Assembly: GCA_027923505.1 (NCBI GenBank)
Contig: BROI01000007.1
Location: forward strand, 248,001-312,000
Direction of reading: 5' to 3'
Length of the DNA stretch: 64,000 nt
Source of the DNA: Mayamaea pseudoterrestris
Taxonomy: Eukaryota
Part shown: in pieces, positions 51,549 through 62,900 of the stretch
Numbering within the stretch: position 1 is the first letter of the stretch
Layout: the number at the start of each line of letters is the position of its first letter
The notes under the pieces: generated by a model
Database searches by the model: none
Told to the model about the DNA's origin: nothing
The model's input: only the letters and a program-made list of their open reading frames with translations
Position numbers and translations under genes: made by a program

Positions 51549-52481
51549 TCATTCTTGACTGTCAGCGAAGGGAGCGTAGTCGGTGAATTCTTCAAATACG
51601 GTGTCGGCGCCGGCAAGGATGAAGTTGTTTGCCTCGGGCGACTTGGATTTGTGAGTTGCAGACGTATGATTCCACACCCACTTGGAGCACTTGTCGCACC
51701 ACTGGAACTTGTACTTGCCAACCTCCTTGACTTCGTCTTTATTGTTGGCAGCAGGCGGCTTTGTGCGCCATGCAGGAAGAGGGCGTTCGACTCGCTTTTC
51801 GGCGGCCGTCTTGGAGGAATCGCCAGAAGGAGTCGTGTTTGGAGCCTTGGCGTCGCCAGTTGGCGACTGCTTGGCGAAGCGCTTCTTGTAAGCCTCCAAC
51901 TGCTTCTTGTCCTTTGTGCGGAGCTCTTTGACCTTGGATTGAACGAGATTGTTGATGTCAATTTGACCGCTTGAGATGAGAGCAGCTTGCTCGGCGTGGC
52001 TGAGTTTCGTCAACGAGTTGATATCGGGCGCTTTCTTGTCGACAATATTGACAAGCGGAGGCCATCCTCCATCAACTGCTTTGATTTGAGCGTAAAGGTC
52101 GTCAGCGCGTTCAACCAACTGGGAGATATGAACGTTTAAACTGAACATGCGAGAGCGCTGCTCGTCGTAGGAGAGGGGATTGATTTCACGAAGGGCAGTG
52201 TCGTACCGTTCTCCAATGCCAATGAACGTAACACGCATAACTTCCGATGGACACTTGGAGAGCTCTCTAATGAAGATCAATCCAAGCGCATGATCCCAGC
52301 GTTTGCCATTGTGAAGCTGGCGCTCAGTGTTGAGGAACTTGGCACCAAAATGGTGAACGTCTTGGTAGGAAACGTCGGTCAATTTGTAAGCACGGAGCTC
52401 TGCCTTCATCTTATCGGTTGTAACTTGTAAATCAAATCGTTGCACCTTTCGCTTGTAGCTGTCCTTGGATGGCCAATCCAA
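51549..52481 (-). CDS. gag: Copia A Gag, C-terminal part (N-terminus missing)
   Basis: 310 codons upstream of and in frame with pol. Basic C-terminus with a non-canonical knuckle, FQWCDKCSKWVWNHTSATH. Confidence 0.8.
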   Translation of the reverse strand: MDWPSKDSYKRKVQRFDLQVTTDKMKAELRAYKLTDVSYQDVHHFGAKFLNTERQLHNGKRWDHALGLIFIRELSKCPSEVMRVTFIGIGERYDTALREINPLSYDEQRSRMFSLNVHISQLVERADDLYAQIKAVDGGWPPLVNIVDKKAPDINSLTKLSHAEQAALISSGQIDINNLVQSKVKELRTKDKKQLEAYKKRFAKQSPTGDAKAPNTTPSGDSSKTAAEKRVERPLPAWRTKPPAANNKDEVKEVGKYKFQWCDKCSKWVWNHTSATHKSKSPEANNFILAGADTVFEEFTDYAPFADSQE

Positions 52482-52483
52482 GC

Positions 52484-52730
52484 TTGCAGTTGCTACAATA
52501 CGAGAGACGAATAAATCGCTTTCTTAACTCTTCAAGCTTAGTAAGTCTGCTTGTTTCTACTCTATATCGCACTAGTTTCAGCAATATACTTGTTGAATCG
52601 CTTCGAAGCCGTCGCTGCCACGCATCACGCGATCGTGAGGCTGTGGTGAGCCGCGAGTGCCGCTGTGTCACCCTATCGGACATTCGGTGTGACTTGCCCG
52701 ATTTTCGCTGTTTTCGTTCGCATCCTGCAA
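52484..52730 (-). repeat. Putative 3' LTR (247 bp)
   Basis: Follows the PPT gaggggag (52738-52731, minus strand). Terminal inverted repeat ttgcag...ctgcaa. Ends exactly where the copia A gag frame is cut. Confidence 0.75.
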
Positions 52731-52747
52731 CTCCCCTCAAGTCATAC

Positions 52748-54223
52748 CTAATAGTTAGATTCCTTGAAGAGCAGGTTCTTTAAGTGCTTGCTTGCCGTAG
52801 CCCGTGGAAGAAACTTGGTAAGTACATCCGCCGGGTTTGTCGTTCCCATGATGTGGTTGAAATTAATAATTCCCGCCGCAATCGCTTCGCGTACACGGTG
52901 AAATGCCAGTGCATTGTGTCGCTTCGTCAGACTAGAGTGCGGTAGGTTGCTGCTTTGCGTTACCGACTTGTTGTCTCCAAACATCCATGAAGGTCCGTCG
53001 AGCGGAACTCCCAACATGCGTAGCGTGAAGCGAAGATCCATGATCTGCTCCGTGCTCACTCTCGCTGCTACAAACTCCGAGCCGTACGTCGCCGTCTCGA
53101 CCGTCGCTTGGCGTTTCGAAAACCAATCAACGACTGTTCCATTCAACATGTGTAGCATGCCCATCGCTGCCCGTCCCGTCGTGTAATCGTGGTACAGGTT
53201 CGCATCTTCGAACGTTGACATTCGGCACCGCCTTGCCGCGCGGCGTGGGCATGTTCCACGGAAGCTCTTCGCAGATCTTGCCGTACACACTGTAATCCCA
53301 ATCCATCTTGTCAACTGTCGCGTATCGCTCGTCCGTTGGAATCGAAACGTTGAATCGAATCGCTCCATCCGGGTATCTTCGTAAGTATCCGCAAATATGC
53401 TTCAACCGTTCCAAGTGCCCCGCTCGTGGCGCAGCTCGAATCTCCCCATAGTCATGACAGCACAGTGAATGTCGAATCGACATAAACTTACTGCCCATTG
53501 CAACGCACCAATTATCGATTGATACTTCGCAATTCCGTCGTCGTCAAGTTCTTTCGTTTCGTCGAGTTCCGGATGATCGCCGTCGCGTAGTGGACTTGTC
53601 TGCGGTCGCGGTTTCGTGCTTAACATTTCTTTGTAGTTTGCTAGTAGTCTTGTGAGGTACTTCTTCGCTGCGAAGCAGAGTACGCCGTCGTCGTCTCGCC
53701 AAACGTCTGCGCCCAAATGATATGCCAATGGACCGACGCCCTTCAACTTTGCAGTTGTAGTTCTCAATTAAAAGATCCGTTAGTTCCTTCGATTCTTCAT
53801 CGCTATCGCTAAATCGTCGACATACACACAAACGTATTCGTAGTGCGTGCCTTTATCGCGCATCCACACGTCCGGTTCTGCGATACACGGCATGAAGCCA
53901 ATGTCGCGGAGCGTGTCTGCAAAGTGCTCGTGCCAGCGTGCGCCTGACGTGCGAAGACCGTATAATGCCTTCACGATCGTGAGCGTGTGACCCTCGAGCT
54001 CCCCGAACTCCGGACCTGCCACGATATAAACCTTCTCTTTCGTTTTCGCTTCCAAGTATGCGTTGCCGACGTCAGCTGCCCACAGTTCCAGACCGTTGAG
54101 TTCCGCTAACATCGCTACCATTCGTAGACTTCGCAATGACACAACGCCCGAGTAAACTGAATCCTTCGGCGGCTCTGTCATATGTCCTCCTGCAACGAGT
54201 CGTGCTTTCCGTCGCAAATCGTG
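52748..54223 (-). pseudogene. pol: Copia RT-RNase H, frameshifted
   Basis: KARLVAGGH, WAADVGNAYLEA, KALYGLRTSG, VYVDDL, YQSIIGALQW, DANLYHD, VETATYGSEF, MFGDNKSV and NPADVLTK are spread over five ORF pieces. Confidence 0.92.
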
Positions 54224-55025
54224 GAGTGAGCGACGTCGTCGATCAGATGGCGCGAACGAACGAAGCTGCGATGGCAGCATGAATGGATTCAGCACCGTCG
54301 TACAAAGCATACTGGTTGAACTGACCGATAATGGGTCCAGTCGAAGTCTCAATCAATGCGACGCCAGTTCCGACTTGGAGGTCGCGGAACCGTGTGGTCG
54401 CTCAAACCTGTCACAGTTACACGTGTGGTTGGTAGTACTCAAGATTCCTCATATTGCTTCCAGCGAGTCCCACCACCGCACGCCGTCAATCAGCGATCCT
54501 TGGCGGGTCTCGTTGCTGCTTGAGCTTTCGATTCACAGTGTAGCGCACCGATACCATTGCGCGGTACCGACGGCCGTCGCTTCCCATAAACTCTTGCTGG
54601 GTGTTATTCGCGAGTGCGGCGACGACGGGTTTGCAAGGAAAGATCTAATCATGTCATCCGGTGCGCCTTGGTGGTTCTGTCAGGCGTCGAGACAGCATCA
54701 TTCTGATACAAGATTGTACCAGGCACCGAGGCAGCCGCTTGTGACTGCTGGTTGTTCGTGCGGTTACCGTTGTTCGCGCATCTTGTTGTGGCGGGTCTTG
54801 GGACGGCTTCGCGTCGAGCCATGAGCTGAGCGTATTCGTCCTCGTTAAGTCGGCCGAGTCGTTCGTACGACATGTACGACCAGGGGGCCTGCAACAACTG
54901 TTCAAAGTTCAGATAATCACCCGGGAATCGTTCCCGATGCGCTTGTGTACCGGCTGCTGGTAGTGGCGCGGAAGAGCCTCGTCCTCCGGAACCGTGGCCC
55001 GATTGGGTGCCACGTCCACCGTCTG

Positions 55026-56429
55026 TCAGCGCGGTCCTCTTTGCCCGCGTCCTCCACCACGGCCGGAACCGCGTCCGTTGCCACGTCCTTGGCCGGTAGT
55101 GTTCGCGTTGTTCGCTTGGCGGTCGGCGTTCTTCTTGCCCTTGTTCAACTTGGCGTTCTTGTTGTCGATGCGCAAAGCCTGCTGCGACAACATGTCGAAA
55201 AGATAGTCATAATCTTCCGTCACGACGGCATCTGGGTCACCGCCCGCACTGATGATGCGTCGTCGTTCAAATGTCAAGTGCTGGTCAAATGTCGTGCACG
55301 TGGGGCCGAATTCTTCGTCGCCTTCCACTGCAGCTCGGAGCCAGTAGTACTTCTTCTTGTCATCCGTCACTCCAGGACGGAACTCTTCGAGATTCTTCAT
55401 GAGCTGTTCGATGTAGTTTAGGAACTTGTAGTGTCCTTTCGTCCAGGTCAAATCTAGGCGAATCGTCGCAAGCTTGGCTTGCAGTTCGTTCGCTTGGATG
55501 GTAGCTAACTCGCCGGAACCAAACTTGGTCGCGAGATCGCGATAGACGCTCTGAGCGTCAGACTCGTCAGCGTACTTCATTAGGAGCGATTGGTATCCAG
55601 GTACTTCGAGACAATTGCGAAACGCAGTGTACATGAAGATTTGCTGCTCCTTGAACTCTTCCTTCTCTTCTTCCGTGACTGGTACGTACTTGCTGTCGAG
55701 CACGTTAGAACAGCCATGGAGCTTGGCGATTGCCTTGGTAGACGCGCTCCAACTCAACCATCCGTGGGGATGCTGGAACGTTTTGTAGTCCTTGTAATCT
55801 TGCTTTGTCTTGATGTTCGAGAAACGACCCTTGGCATCTGCTTCCTTTTCGGCCTTCTCAGCCTTCATATTCTCATTTTCGAGTTGCTTGGCAAGTAGCT
55901 CGGCTTGCGCCCTCTTGGACTCGAGGGTATAGTACCCTTCTTCATGCTTTCGACCGGTTTCTTGTTTGGCGAGCCTTTCTTGGAATCGCTCGAGCTTGCC
56001 TAAATCAAGCTCCGCCCACTTCTTGGTGTTCGGGGCTCCGTCGTGCATGTTAAACCATTCGCATGCATCGAGGATAAGGTTCACGTCGACTGGTGGTAGA
56101 CGCGTTTCGTATCGTACTGGGGCGGTGGGTGCTTGTTCTTCGGCCGGTTCTTCGGCCGGCTCGTCGCCCGGCTGCGCATCGTCGGGTTGCGCGCCTTCAG
56201 GTTGGCCAACGCCTGGTGGGATGGCGACTCTGTCGACCCAGTAGGAGGCTTCAAGTTGCTCCTTGCTCAATCTCAACATCTGGGTAGTGGTGGTTACAAT
56301 CCAAAACAAGAATGCTTCTTGGATGTCTCGTCCGAAAACATTCACGCAGAGCGCTTGCAAAGCCTCCGCAGTAACCGAAACCATGATAGTGAATACCTCG
56401 TTTTCAGCAAGTCCTTTCTTACACAACAA
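55026..56429 (-). CDS. gag: Copia B Gag (continues, disrupted, to ~54560)
   Basis: 467-codon ORF between the PBS and the protease. Contains SWSASTKAIAKLHGCSNVLD, QQIFMYTAF, DAQSVYRDL and an RGG-rich tail, as expected for a copia gag. Confidence 0.8.
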   Translation of the reverse strand: MLCKKGLAENEVFTIMVSVTAEALQALCVNVFGRDIQEAFLFWIVTTTTQMLRLSKEQLEASYWVDRVAIPPGVGQPEGAQPDDAQPGDEPAEEPAEEQAPTAPVRYETRLPPVDVNLILDACEWFNMHDGAPNTKKWAELDLGKLERFQERLAKQETGRKHEEGYYTLESKRAQAELLAKQLENENMKAEKAEKEADAKGRFSNIKTKQDYKDYKTFQHPHGWLSWSASTKAIAKLHGCSNVLDSKYVPVTEEEKEEFKEQQIFMYTAFRNCLEVPGYQSLLMKYADESDAQSVYRDLATKFGSGELATIQANELQAKLATIRLDLTWTKGHYKFLNYIEQLMKNLEEFRPGVTDDKKKYYWLRAAVEGDEEFGPTCTTFDQHLTFERRRIISAGGDPDAVVTEDYDYLFDMLSQQALRIDNKNAKLNKGKKNADRQANNANTTGQGRGNGRGSGRGGGRGQRGPR

Positions 56430-56592
56430 ACGCTCTCAATGCAGTCGAGCCTTATACGATCCTGTTCTACGCGCTCATGCCAAGTATTCGGATTGACGAC
56501 GCCGCAAGGAATCTGCTCTTTCTCTCTCAATTTCTCGATTCTTTCACTCTCTCTCTTTCGCACAGCTCTCTCAGGTCAAGACAAGCTAGCAA

Positions 56593-56603
56593 GACTGTTA
56601 ATC
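56593..56603 (-). other. Putative primer-binding site complementary to a tRNA-Asn(GTT) anticodon arm
   Basis: The minus strand reads gattaacagtc directly after the LTR-terminal CA. Its complement gactgttaatc has the form of an Asn anticodon stem-loop (CT-GTT-AA). Confidence 0.6.
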
Positions 56604-56932
56604 TGACACGATAATATCAGACGAACCTTTATTCCAGCGACTACAATGGACTAGGAGCGATCAACCTCTTCGTCCAGCGTAAAGCAAACAAACAAACTCA
56701 ATTGCTAGAATAGTGCATGTTACTCGCTACTCTACTCGTGCGCTTCTTTCTCGTTCTCACTGGGTTCACGGTCGAGGTTCACGCCTCGATCGTCAGCGAT
56801 TTCACTCATGTATGTGAAGATTCGGTCACAAGTGTGACTCAACCTTGCACAGGATTAAATGCATACAAAACACAGATAGCTAACCGTCTTGTCATGAGAC
56901 GCAGGTCAACTCAACTCAATAATATTGTGTCA
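56604..56932 (-). repeat. Putative 5' LTR of copia B (329 bp)
   Basis: TG...CA termini with a 10-bp inverted repeat (tgacacgata / tattgtgtca, 1 mismatch). Flanked by the PBS on one side and the 348 bp satellite on the other. Confidence 0.72.
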
Positions 56933-56935
56933 AAA

Positions 56936-59900
56936 TGAGACTTCCAAAATGGCCTGCAGACCGCATAATACAACCAGTAAGGACTGGAACATTGATTGGG
57001 GCTCATAGACTTGTCCATTTGGGTGTGGAAGCTATCCCCATGCCCTGAGACTCCGCACATTCAACCATTGGTTGAATGTGCCAGCCCTGCTCCCATTTTG
57101 GCTGCAGGGATCATCAGCATTGCCCACTGAGCCCTCCAATTTCTTTCCAATCATGTGTGTTGTCATTGATGGGCCATAAGTTGGTCAGTTGCACCCCATC
57201 ATCCATCACCATGTATGCCACGGTGAGACTGAGCAGATCCAACAACTTGTTGGATCTGCTAGCAGTGCACCTCAAGTGGCAAGTGAGACTTCCAAAATGG
57301 CCTGCAGACCCCATAATACAGCCAACATGGGTGGGACTCATAGACTTGTCCATTTGGGTGTGGAAGCTATCCCCATGCCCTGAGACTCCGCACATTCAAC
57401 CATTGGTTGAATGTGCCAGCCCTGCACCCTTTTTGGCTGCAGGGATCATCAGCATTGGCCGCTGAGCCCTCCAATCTCTTTCCAATCATGTTTGTTGTCA
57501 TTGATGGGCCATAAGTTGGTCAGTTGCACATCAGCATCCATCACCATGTATGCCACGGTGAGACTGAGCTGATCCAACAACTTGTTGGATCTGCTAGTGG
57601 TGCACATCAAGTGGCAAGTGAGACTTCCAAAATGGCCTGCAGACCCCATAATACAACCAGTATGGACTTGAACATTGATTGGGGCTCATAGACTTGTCAA
57701 TTTGGGTGTGGAAGCCATTACCATGCCCTGAGGCTCCACACATTCAACCATTGGTTAAATGCCAGCCCTGCACCCTTTTTGGCTGAAGGGATCATCAGCA
57801 TTGCCCGCTGAGCCCTCCAATTTCTTTCCAATCATGGTTGTTGTCAAGGATGTGCCATAAGTTGGTCAGTTGCACCTTAGCATCCATCACGATGTATGCC
57901 ATGGTGAGACTGAGCAAATCCAAGAACTTGTTGGATCTGCTAGTGGTGCACCTCAAGTGGCAAGTGAGACTTCCAAATAGCCTGCAGACCCCATAATACC
58001 TCATAATACAACCAGTAAGGACTGGAACATTGATTGGGGCTCATAGACTTGTCAATTTGGGTGTGGAAGCCATTACCATGCCCTGAGGCTCCGCACATTC
58101 AACCATTGGTTAAATGCCAGCCCTGCACCCTTTTTGGCTGAAGGGATCATCAGCATTGCCCGCTGAGCCCTCCACTCTCATCTCATCATCCATCACCATG
58201 TATGCCACGGTGACACTGAGCAGATCCAACAACTTGTTGGATCTGCTAGCGGTGCACCTCAAGTGGCAAGTGAGACTTCCAAAATGGCCTGCAGACCCCA
58301 TACTACAGCCAACATGAACTGGATCATTGATTGGGACTCATAGACCTGTCCATTTGGGTGTGGAAGCCATCATTATGCCCTGAGACTCCGCACATTCAAC
58401 CAAAGTCCTGCACTCTTTTGGCTGCAGGGATCATCAGCATTGCCCGCTGAGCCCTCCAATTTTTTTCCGATTATGTTTGTTGTCAATGATGGGCCATAAG
58501 TTGGTCAGTTGCACCTCAGCATCCATCACCATGTATGCCACGGTGTGACTGAGCAGATCCAACAACTTGTTGGATCTGCTAGCAGTGCACCTCAAGTGGC
58601 AAGTGAGACTTCCAAAACGGCCTGCAGACCCCATAATACAGCCAACATGGACTGGAACATTGATTGGGGCTCAAAGACTTGTCCATTTGGGTGTGGAAGC
58701 CATCACTATGCCCTGAGACTCCGCACATTCAACCAATGGTTGAATGTGCCAGCCCTGCTCCCATTTTGGCTGCAGGGATCATGAGCATTGCCTGCTGAGC
58801 CCTCCAATTTCTTTCAAATAATGTTTGTTGTCAATGATGGGCCATAAGTTGGTCAGTTGCACCTCAGCATCCATCACCATGTGTGCCACGGTGAGACTGA
58901 GCTGATCCAACAACTTGTTGGATCTGCTAGTGGTGCACCTCAAGCGGCAAGTGAGACTTCCAAAATGGCCTGCAGACCCCATAATACAGCCAAGATGGAC
59001 TGGATCATTGATTGGGACTCATAGACATGTCCATTTGGGTGTGGAAGCCACAAGCCATCACTATGCCCTGAGACTCCACACATTCAACCATTGGTTGAAT
59101 GTGCCAGCCCTGCACCCTTTTTGGCTGCAGGGATCATCAGCATTGCCCGCTGAGCACTCCCATTTCTTTCAAATCATGTTTGTTGTCAATGATGGGCCAT
59201 AAGTTGGTCAGTTGCACATCAGCATCCATCACCATGTATGCCACGGTGAGACTGAGCTGATCCAACAACTTGTTGGATCTGCTAGTGGTGCATCTCAAGT
59301 GGCAAGTGAGACTTCCAAAATGGCCTGCAGACACCATAATACAACCACCATGGACTGGAACATTGATTGGGGCTCATAGACGTGTCCATTTGGGTGTGGA
59401 AGCAGTCCCCATGCGCTGAGACTCCACATATTCAATCATTGGTTGAATGTGCCAGCCCTGCTCCCATTTTGGCTGCAGGATCATCAGGATTGCCTGCTGA
59501 ACCCTGCTATTTCTTTCAAATCATGTTTTCTGTCAATGATGGGCCATAAGTTGGTCAGTTGCACCTCATCATCAATCACCATGTACGCCACGGTGAGACT
59601 GAGCAGATCCAACAACTTATTGGATCTGCTAGCAGTGCACCTCAAGTGGCAAGTGAGACTTCCAAAATGGCCTGCAGACCCCATAATACAACCATTATGG
59701 ACTTGAACAATGATTGGGACTCATAGACTTGTCCACTTGGGTGTGGAAGCCATCACCATGCCCTGAGACTCCGCACATTCAACCATTGGTTGAATGTGCC
59801 AGCCCTGCTCCCATTTTGGTTACAGCGATCATCAGCATTGCCTGCTGAGCCCTCCCATTTCTTTCAAATCATGTTTGTTGTCAATTTGGGCCATCAGTTG

Positions 59901-62900
59901 GTCAGTTGCACTTTAGCATCCATCACCATGTATGCCATGGTGAAACTGAGCAGATCCAACAACTTGTTGGATCTGCTAGCAGTGCACCTCAAGTGGCAAG
60001 TGAGCCTTCCAAAATGGCCAGCAGACCCCATAATATAACCTGTATGGACTTGAACATGGATTGGGACTCATAGACCTGTCCATTTGGGTGTGGAAGCCAT
60101 CACTATGCCCTGAGACTCCGCACATTCAACCATTGGTTGAATGTGCCAGCCCTGCACCCTTTATGGCTGCAGGGATCATCAGCATTGCCCGCTGAGCCCT
60201 CCAAATTCTTTCAAATCATGTTTGTTGTAAATGATGGGCCATAAGTTGGTCAGTTGCACCTCAGCATCCATCACCATGTATGCCACGGTGAGACTGAGCA
60301 GATCCAACAACTTGTTGGATCTGCTAGTGCTGCACCTCAAGTGGCAAGTGAGACTTCCAAATGGCCTGCAGACCCCATAATACAGCCAACATGGACTGGA
60401 TCATTGATTGGGACTCATAGACTTGTCCAGTTGGGTGTGGAAGCCATCACTATGCCCTGAGACTCCGCACATGGTTGAATGTGCCAGCCCTGCACCCTTT
60501 TTGGCTGCAGGGATCATCAGCATTGCCCGCTGAGCCATCCAATTTCTTTCCAATCATGTTTGTTGTCAATGATGGGCCATAAGTTGGTCAGTTGCACCTC
60601 AGCATCCATCACCATGTACGCCACGGTGAGACTGAGCAGATCCAACAACTTATTGGATCTGCTAGCAGTGCACCTCAAGTGGCAAGTGAGACTTCCAAAA
60701 TGGCCTGCAGACCCCATAATACAACCTGTAAGGACTTAAACATTGATTGGGACTCATAGATATGTCCATTGGGGTGTGGAAGCCATCACTATGCCCTGAG
60801 ACTCCGCACATTCAACCAATGGTTGAATGTGCCAGCCCTGTTCCCATTTTGGCTGCAGGGATCATCAGCATTGCCCGCTGAGCACTCAAATTTCTTTCAA
60901 ATCATGTTTGTTGTCAATGATGGGCCATAAGTTGGTCAGTTGCACCTCAGCATCCATCACCATGTAGGCCACGGTGAGACTGAGCAGATGCATCAACTTG
61001 TTGGATCTGCTAGCAGTGCACCTCAAGTGGCAAGTGAGACTTCCAAAATGGCCTGCAGACCCCATAATACAGCCAACATGGACTTGCACATTGATTGGGG
61101 CTCATAGATTTGTCCATTTGGGTGTGGAAGCCATCACCATGCCCTGAGACTCCGCATGTTCAACCATTGGTTGAATGTGCCAGCCCTGCACCCTTTTTGG
61201 CTGCAGGGATCATCAGCATTGGCCGCTGAGCCCTCCAATCTCTTTCCAATCATGTTTGTTGTCAATGATGGGCCATAAGTTGGTCAGTTGCACCTCGTCA
61301 TCCATCACCATATATGCCACGGTGAGACTGAGCAGATCCAACAACTTGTTGGATCTGCTAGCAGTGCACCTCAAGTGGCAAGTGAGCCTTCCAAAATGGC
61401 CTGCAGACCCCATAATACAACCAGTATGGACTGGAACATTGATTGGGGCTCATAGACTTGTCCATTTGGGTGTGGAAGCCATCACCATGCCCTGAGACTT
61501 CGCACATTCAACCATTGGTTGAATGTGCCAGCCCTGCACCCTTTTTGGCTGCAGGGATCATCAGCATTGCCTGCTGAGCCCTCCAAATTTTTTCCAATCA
61601 TGTTTGTTGTCAATGATGGGCCATAAGTTGGCCAGTTGCACCTCATCATCCATCACCATGTATGCCACAGTGAGACTGAGCAGATTCAACAACTTGTTGG
61701 ATCTGCTAGTGGTGCACCTCAAATGGCAAGTGAGACTTCCAAAATGGCCTGCAGACCCCATAATACAGCGCCAACATGGACTGAAACATTGATTGGGACT
61801 CATAGACTTGTTCATTGGGGTGTGGAAGCCATCACCATGCCCTGAGACTCCGCACGTTCAACCATTGGTTGAATGTGCCAGCCCTGCACCCTTTTTGGCT
61901 GCAGGGATCATCAGCATTGCCCGCTGAGCCCTCCAAATTTTTTCCAATCATGATTGTTGTCAATGATGGGCCATAAGTTGGTCAGTCGCACCTCATCATC
62001 CATCACCATGTATGCCACGGTGAGACTGAGCAGATCCAACAACTTGTTGGATCTGCTAGCGGTGCACCTCAAGTGGCAAGTGAGACTTCCAAAATGGCCT
62101 GCAGACCCCAAAATACAGCCTGTAAGGACTGGAACATTGATTGGGACTCATAAAATTGTCCATCCATCACTATGCCCTGAGACTCCGCACATTCAACCAA
62201 TGGTTGAATGTGCCAGCCCTGCACCCTTTTTGGCTGCAGGGATCATCAGCATTGCCCACTGAGCCCTCCAATTTCTTTCCAATCATGTTTGTTGTCAATG
62301 ATGGGCCATAGGTTGGTCAGTTGCACCTCAGCATCCATCACCATGTACGCCACGGTGAGACTGAGCAGATGCAACAACTTGTTGGATCTGCTAGCGGTGC
62401 ACCTCAAGTGGCAAGTGAGACTTCCAAAATGGCCTGCAGACCCCATAATCGGCCAACATGGACTGGAACATTGATTGGGGCTCATAGATTGTCCATTTGG
62501 GTGTGGAAGCCATCAATATGCCCTGAGACTCCGCACATTCAACCATTGGTTGAATGTGCCAGCCCTGCTCCCTTTTTGGCTGCAGGGATCATCAGCATTG
62601 CCCGCTGAGCCCTCCAATTTCTTTCCAATCATGTTTGTTGTCAATGATGGGCCATAGGTTGGTCAGTTGCACCTTAGCATCCATCACCATGTATGCCATG
62701 GTGAGACTGAGCAGATGCAAAAACTTGTTGGATCTGCTAGTGGTGCACCTCAAGTGGCAAGTGAGACTTCCAAAATAGCCTGCAGACCCCATAATACCTC
62801 ATAATACAACCAGTAAGGACTTGCACATTGATTGGGGCTCATGGACTTGTCCATTTGGGTGTGGAAGCCATCAATATGCCCTGAGACTCCGCACATTCAA

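Larger units (their letters stand above)
46508..52483 (-). mobile_element. Ty1/copia family A element, 5'-truncated (partial gag, full pol, PPT, 3' LTR)
   Basis: Gag ORF 52481-51549; pol ORFs 51215-50088 and 50069-46851 in the same frame; polypurine tract and LTR-like segment downstream. Gag is cut at 52483 by the LTR of another element. Confidence 0.95.
52484..56932 (-). mobile_element. Second copia family (B): LTR-PBS-gag-PR fused directly to RT-RNase H-PPT-LTR; integrase absent, LTRs non-matching
   Basis: Gag ORF 56429-55026; frameshifted protease GSLIDG..GGLAGSNM at ~54500-54240; RT begins abruptly at HDLRRKARLVAGGH (~54223). Confidence 0.9.

Noticed and set aside
57060..57160. Hammerhead ribozyme or C/D snoRNA in satellite 2 (CTGATGA on the minus strand followed by a hairpin)
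   Set aside because: The hairpin is not followed by GAAA and no stem I/III arrangement could be built. The C/D-like boxes are too short to be significant.
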